The translations under genes were made by a program, and so were the position numbers. A DNA stretch of 64,000 nucleotides from Candidatus Gastranaerophilales bacterium (lineage in GTDB: Bacteria > Cyanobacteriota > Vampirovibrionia > Gastranaerophilales > Gastranaerophilaceae), in NCBI GenBank assembly GCA_944325815.1, contig CALVBV010000001.1, positions 2,318 through 66,317 of the forward strand. The letters run 5' to 3'. Of the stretch, positions 60,925 to 64,000 are shown one piece after another; the first letter of the stretch is position 1, and each line of letters opens with the position of its first letter. Under the pieces are notes generated by a model. It saw only the letters and a program-made list of their open reading frames with translations, did no database searches and had not been told where the DNA came from.

Positions 60925-62416
60925 AGCTTCGTTTGAGAAGTCTTTTGTATTCATTTACAAGAAGGTGTTTGGGGGGATAGTTCTCTATAAAATCCCAGGG
61001 AAGCGGCTCTTCTATATTAAATCCGTTTACAAATTTTGTTATATCTATGTTTAGTTCTTTGAGAGCAGATTTGTACGCACCGATTTTTCCGCCTCTTTTG
61101 TATACGTCAATTAAAAAAGGTGCAAGAGTTTCGTCGCCTCTTGAGAGAACGGTCTGCCAGTAATCCCATTTAATACTTGAAAATTTTGATCCGAGTCCGA
61201 GTTTTGCAAGTTCTTTTTCAAGGAATTTCTGTTTTCTTTCCAAGCTCTTGGTATCTTCTCTTTTACACCATTGAAAAGGTGTTTGGGGCTTTGGTACAAA
61301 GGTTGAGAAAGAAAATTCTATATTAAATCCCCTATTTTGGTCTTTTATAAGTTTTCCCAGACGCAGAAATTCCAGAATATCTTCTTCTGTCTCTGTCGGA
61401 ATTCCTATCATTGAATAAATTTTCAGTCCTTTTAATCCGTTTTCGCGTGCAATTTTTACGGCATTTAGGATTTGTTCTTCTTTGAGGTTTTTGTTAATAA
61501 ATCGTCTTAGTCTTTCGCTTGCAGCCTCTATTGCAATTGTAGAGTGTTTTTGGCCGCCGAGAACAAGCGTTTGAATCATTTGCGGAGTTACGGAATCTGT
61601 CCTTAGAGAAGAAATTCCGAGTTCAATTTTTCTTCCGCCTTCTATTTTGGCTCTCAAGTAGTCCATTATTTCGTTAAATTGAGGATGTGCGCTTATTTGT
61701 GCGCCGAGAAGCGCTATTTTATCAGTGTTTTCTAGCCCCAAATCTATGGCATTAATTATTTTGTCATAATTATTTGCCCTAAAAGGAAGGTTTGTGTATG
61801 AGGCAGTACAAAATGCACACCTGTTCATACATCCGCGTGCAACTTCTATTATAAAAGTATCCTTAAAATAACTCTTGCTGCTTAATATCGGCGTATATAT
61901 GACCTCGTTAAGCTCTACTGTTGCTTTTTTTACCGGATTATTCGGTATATAAATTCCTTCAATATTTTTGAGAAGTTCAAGAGCTTCTTGTTTAGTGCAG
62001 TTTTTGAGAATCTCAAGAACTTTTCTGAAAGCTTCTTCACCGTCTCCTATTATCATAAAGTCAAAGAAAGCCTTGTATGGTTCCGGATTTGTTGTAATTA
62101 CGGGCCCGCCTGCAAAAATTAGAGGCTGGGTATTGTCTCTATCTTTTGCGTAAAAAGGGAGATTGAGTTTTTCTAAAATTTCAAATACTCCCATAAAGTC
62201 AAAATCAAATGACATGGAAAACGCTACTGCACCTGCATTTTTTGCGGATTTGATATTGTCTGTGGAAATCCTTTCCGCATTTATTCCTTCTGTCTGGTCT
62301 GCGATTTTATACAGCCACATATACCCGAGAGAAGCCAGCGCAAACTCTTCTATTGCAGGATAGGCCATTAAAAATTTATATTCTCCTGTATTTGGTTTGT
62401 ATAAAAGTTTTTCCAT
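60923..62416 (-). CDS. B12-binding-domain-type radical SAM protein of unknown function
   Basis: VARGCMNRCAFCTASY carries the CxxxCxxC cluster after an N-terminal Rossmann-like domain of about 180 aa. The product is 497 aa. Confidence 0.75.
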   Translation of the reverse strand: MEKLLYKPNTGEYKFLMAYPAIEEFALASLGYMWLYKIADQTEGINAERISTDNIKSAKNAGAVAFSMSFDFDFMGVFEILEKLNLPFYAKDRDNTQPLIFAGGPVITTNPEPYKAFFDFMIIGDGEEAFRKVLEILKNCTKQEALELLKNIEGIYIPNNPVKKATVELNEVIYTPILSSKSYFKDTFIIEVARGCMNRCAFCTASYTNLPFRANNYDKIINAIDLGLENTDKIALLGAQISAHPQFNEIMDYLRAKIEGGRKIELGISSLRTDSVTPQMIQTLVLGGQKHSTIAIEAASERLRRFINKNLKEEQILNAVKIARENGLKGLKIYSMIGIPTETEEDILEFLRLGKLIKDQNRGFNIEFSFSTFVPKPQTPFQWCKREDTKSLERKQKFLEKELAKLGLGSKFSSIKWDYWQTVLSRGDETLAPFLIDVYKRGGKIGAYKSALKELNIDITKFVNGFNIEEPLPWDFIENYPPKHLLVNEYKRLLKRS

Positions 62417-62423
62417 ATTACCG

Positions 62424-63458
62424 TTAGTTTACATTTTTGATGTAAAGTTCTTCTATAAGCACGCAAACTGTTGCAGCAATTGCCGGCGCAAAGATTACAC
62501 CTATTACACCAAGATGCTGCGCTGTTACAAACAGGAAGAAATATATAATAAGCGGATGTAAATCCAGAAATTTCCCGAAAATGTACGGTCTTATAAGATT
62601 ATTCTCCGCCCACTGCGCAATGCAGAATACAACTACAATTAGAATTAATGTGAGAGGGCCCATTTTATAAGCCATCAATAGAGTTATAACAAGGGCAATT
62701 CCCGGGCCTACTACCGGTACAATATCAAGGATTGCATTCAAAACACCGAGAAGCAGAGCATAATCAACTTTTAGAATCATAAGCCCGAGTGTCATTATTA
62801 TACCTACGCTTGTAATTGTTACAATCTGCGCCATAACATATCCGCCGATTTTTTGTGAAATTGTTTCAATAATTTCTTCGGCTTTTTCTTTCATTTGTTT
62901 CGGGAAAAAGCTCAAATATGTTTTTCTGACAGTTGTTTTGTCTGCCATAAAGTAGTATATGATAATACATGCTGCAAGAAAGTATACAATTGCAGAGGCA
63001 AATTCCATGCTTAAATTTATAGAACTGTTTACGAATTTTGTAGTGAATCCGGAGGCTGATGTTAAAACATCTCCCATATCAAGCATCTGGCTTCCCGGAA
63101 GGCTTTTAAAAAGAGGACTGTTTAGTACAACGCTTTTTACTGTATTTATATGTTCCGGAAGCAGTATGAGGAATGATTTAATCTGGCGTGCTGCTACGTA
63201 GATTATAGGAATAAAAAAACCTGCTGTGATTGCAAGTGCGCCGCCTAGAACAAGTGTGGAGGCAAGTTCTCGATTCATTTTTTTTGCATCCACAAGCTTG
63301 TCTACTAGCGGATTCATAGAGCAGGCTATAACATAAGATGCAAAAAACAGGATTGCAATATCTTTGATTTGGGTAATAAATATCAAAAATAGAATCGCAA
63401 TGATAAAAAATATTACATTCTTCGCCGTAATATACTTTTTGAATACAGTTTCAAACAT
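62424..63458 (-). CDS. AI-2E family (PerM/YhhT-like) transporter
   Basis: 344 aa with 7-8 TM helices and the LDIVPVVGPGIA motif. Confidence 0.75.
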   Translation of the reverse strand: MFETVFKKYITAKNVIFFIIAILFLIFITQIKDIAILFFASYVIACSMNPLVDKLVDAKKMNRELASTLVLGGALAITAGFFIPIIYVAARQIKSFLILLPEHINTVKSVVLNSPLFKSLPGSQMLDMGDVLTSASGFTTKFVNSSINLSMEFASAIVYFLAACIIIYYFMADKTTVRKTYLSFFPKQMKEKAEEIIETISQKIGGYVMAQIVTITSVGIIMTLGLMILKVDYALLLGVLNAILDIVPVVGPGIALVITLLMAYKMGPLTLILIVVVFCIAQWAENNLIRPYIFGKFLDLHPLIIYFFLFVTAQHLGVIGVIFAPAIAATVCVLIEELYIKNVN

Positions 63459-63546
63459 TATAACTCCTTCTCTTTTTTTATGATTTTATCATAAAATCAT
63501 CCATTTATATATTCAATTACCCGCAAGGAAGTGTTAAAATACCGGC

Positions 63547-64000
63547 ATGGAAAATTTATTGGATATAAAAAATTTAGTTGTAGAATATACAAGCATAAAA
63601 AATGAATCAAAATCTGTCGTCAGGGCAGTTGATGATGTTTCTCTCTGTATTAAAACAGGCGAGATTTATGCTCTTGCAGGAGAATCCGGGTGTGGAAAAT
63701 CAACACTTTCAAAGGCAGTAACAAAACTTGTGACTTCAAAATCCGGAGATATTTTATTTGAGGGTAAAAGTATATTAAAACAGACGAAAGAGGAGGCTAA
63801 ACAGTATCCGCATAACGTCCAAATGGTGTTTCAAAATCCATATTCAAGTTTGAATCCTAAGATGAAAATCGGAGAGATTTTAAGAGAACCGCTTGATATA
63901 AATACAAAATTTTCAAAAAACAGAAAGTCTGCTGTTATAAGAAATATTTTGGATGAAGTAGGCTTGGCTCAGACTTGTCTAAATCTTTATCCGCACGAGT
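63547..64000 (+). CDS. ABC transporter ATP-binding protein (oligopeptide/dipeptide OppF/DppF-like), truncated at the 3' end by the window edge
   Basis: Manual translation gives MENLLDIKNLVVEY...GEIYALAGESGCGKSTLSKAV...VQMVFQNPYSSLNPKMKIGEIL. No stop occurs before position 64000, so it is absent from the ORF track. Confidence 0.8.
   Translation, partial: MENLLDIKNLVVEYTSIKNESKSVVRAVDDVSLCIKTGEIYALAGESGCGKSTLSKAVTKLVTSKSGDILFEGKSILKQTKEEAKQYPHNVQMVFQNPYSSLNPKMKIGEILREPLDINTKFSKNRKSAVIRNILDEVGLAQTCLNLYPHE

Noticed and set aside
1-64000. Search for tRNA, rRNA, tmRNA, RNase P or SRP RNA, transposases, integrases and phage genes
   Set aside because: I could not recognise any T-loop/acceptor pattern, conserved core motif (for example GGAAAGTCC of RNase P) or recombinase-like ORF by eye. 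A tRNAscan/Infernal run would be needed to exclude small RNAs formally.

Overview
Visibly AT-rich, gene-dense chromosomal segment with about 60 protein genes. I recognised no rRNA, tRNA, CRISPR array, transposase or prophage genes. The host is a diderm, as shown by lpxA, skp/ompH, lgt, a MotA/MotB stator and an OmpA-type MotB. The L7/L12 C-terminus ([28 protein letters not shown]), a Ski2/DSHCT helicase and the murC-murB pairing look cyanobacterial. My unverified inference is a non-photosynthetic Cyanobacteriota (Melainabacteria/Vampirovibrionia-like) genome. Housekeeping content: murC-murB-ddl-ftsQ-hemW, dnaX, rplJ-rplL, rpsT, rplS-rbgA-tag, prfA-ylxR-infB, uppP, uppS, deoC, lgt, comEC and lpxA. 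Accessory content: a GDP-heptose-type sugar cassette (gmhA, hddA, an SDR, fused hddC-gmhB) with glycosyltransferases at the left edge; a second glycosyltransferase island (39.8-44.5 kb); and an ArnC-like/ArnT-like pair. Items most worth follow-up: (1) an orphan 374-aa coiled-coil protein with conserved terminal helices and a variable core, preceded by a near-consensus sigma28/FliA-type promoter; (2) a mosaic dispersed repeat family with variable-number heptamers, GC-rich hairpins, G4 motifs and MITE-like inverted-repeat termini, filling unusually long intergenic gaps at 10.5-11.3, 13.9-14.1 and 27.5-27.9 kb; (3) a radical SAM/SPASM enzyme next to a 710-aa membrane protein carrying four Tyr-rich Y-x-Y-[IV]-P motifs; (4) an 800-aa protein that combines a degenerate HerA-like N-domain, a roughly 340-aa polyacidic linker and a PcrA/UvrD-type C-terminal Tudor-like domain; (5) a motA-motB operon with a third, translationally coupled gene of RNase H-like pattern; (6) an A10 tract in dnaX where both shifted frames stop almost immediately. 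All functional calls come from reading the translated ORFs and motifs by eye. No database search was run.
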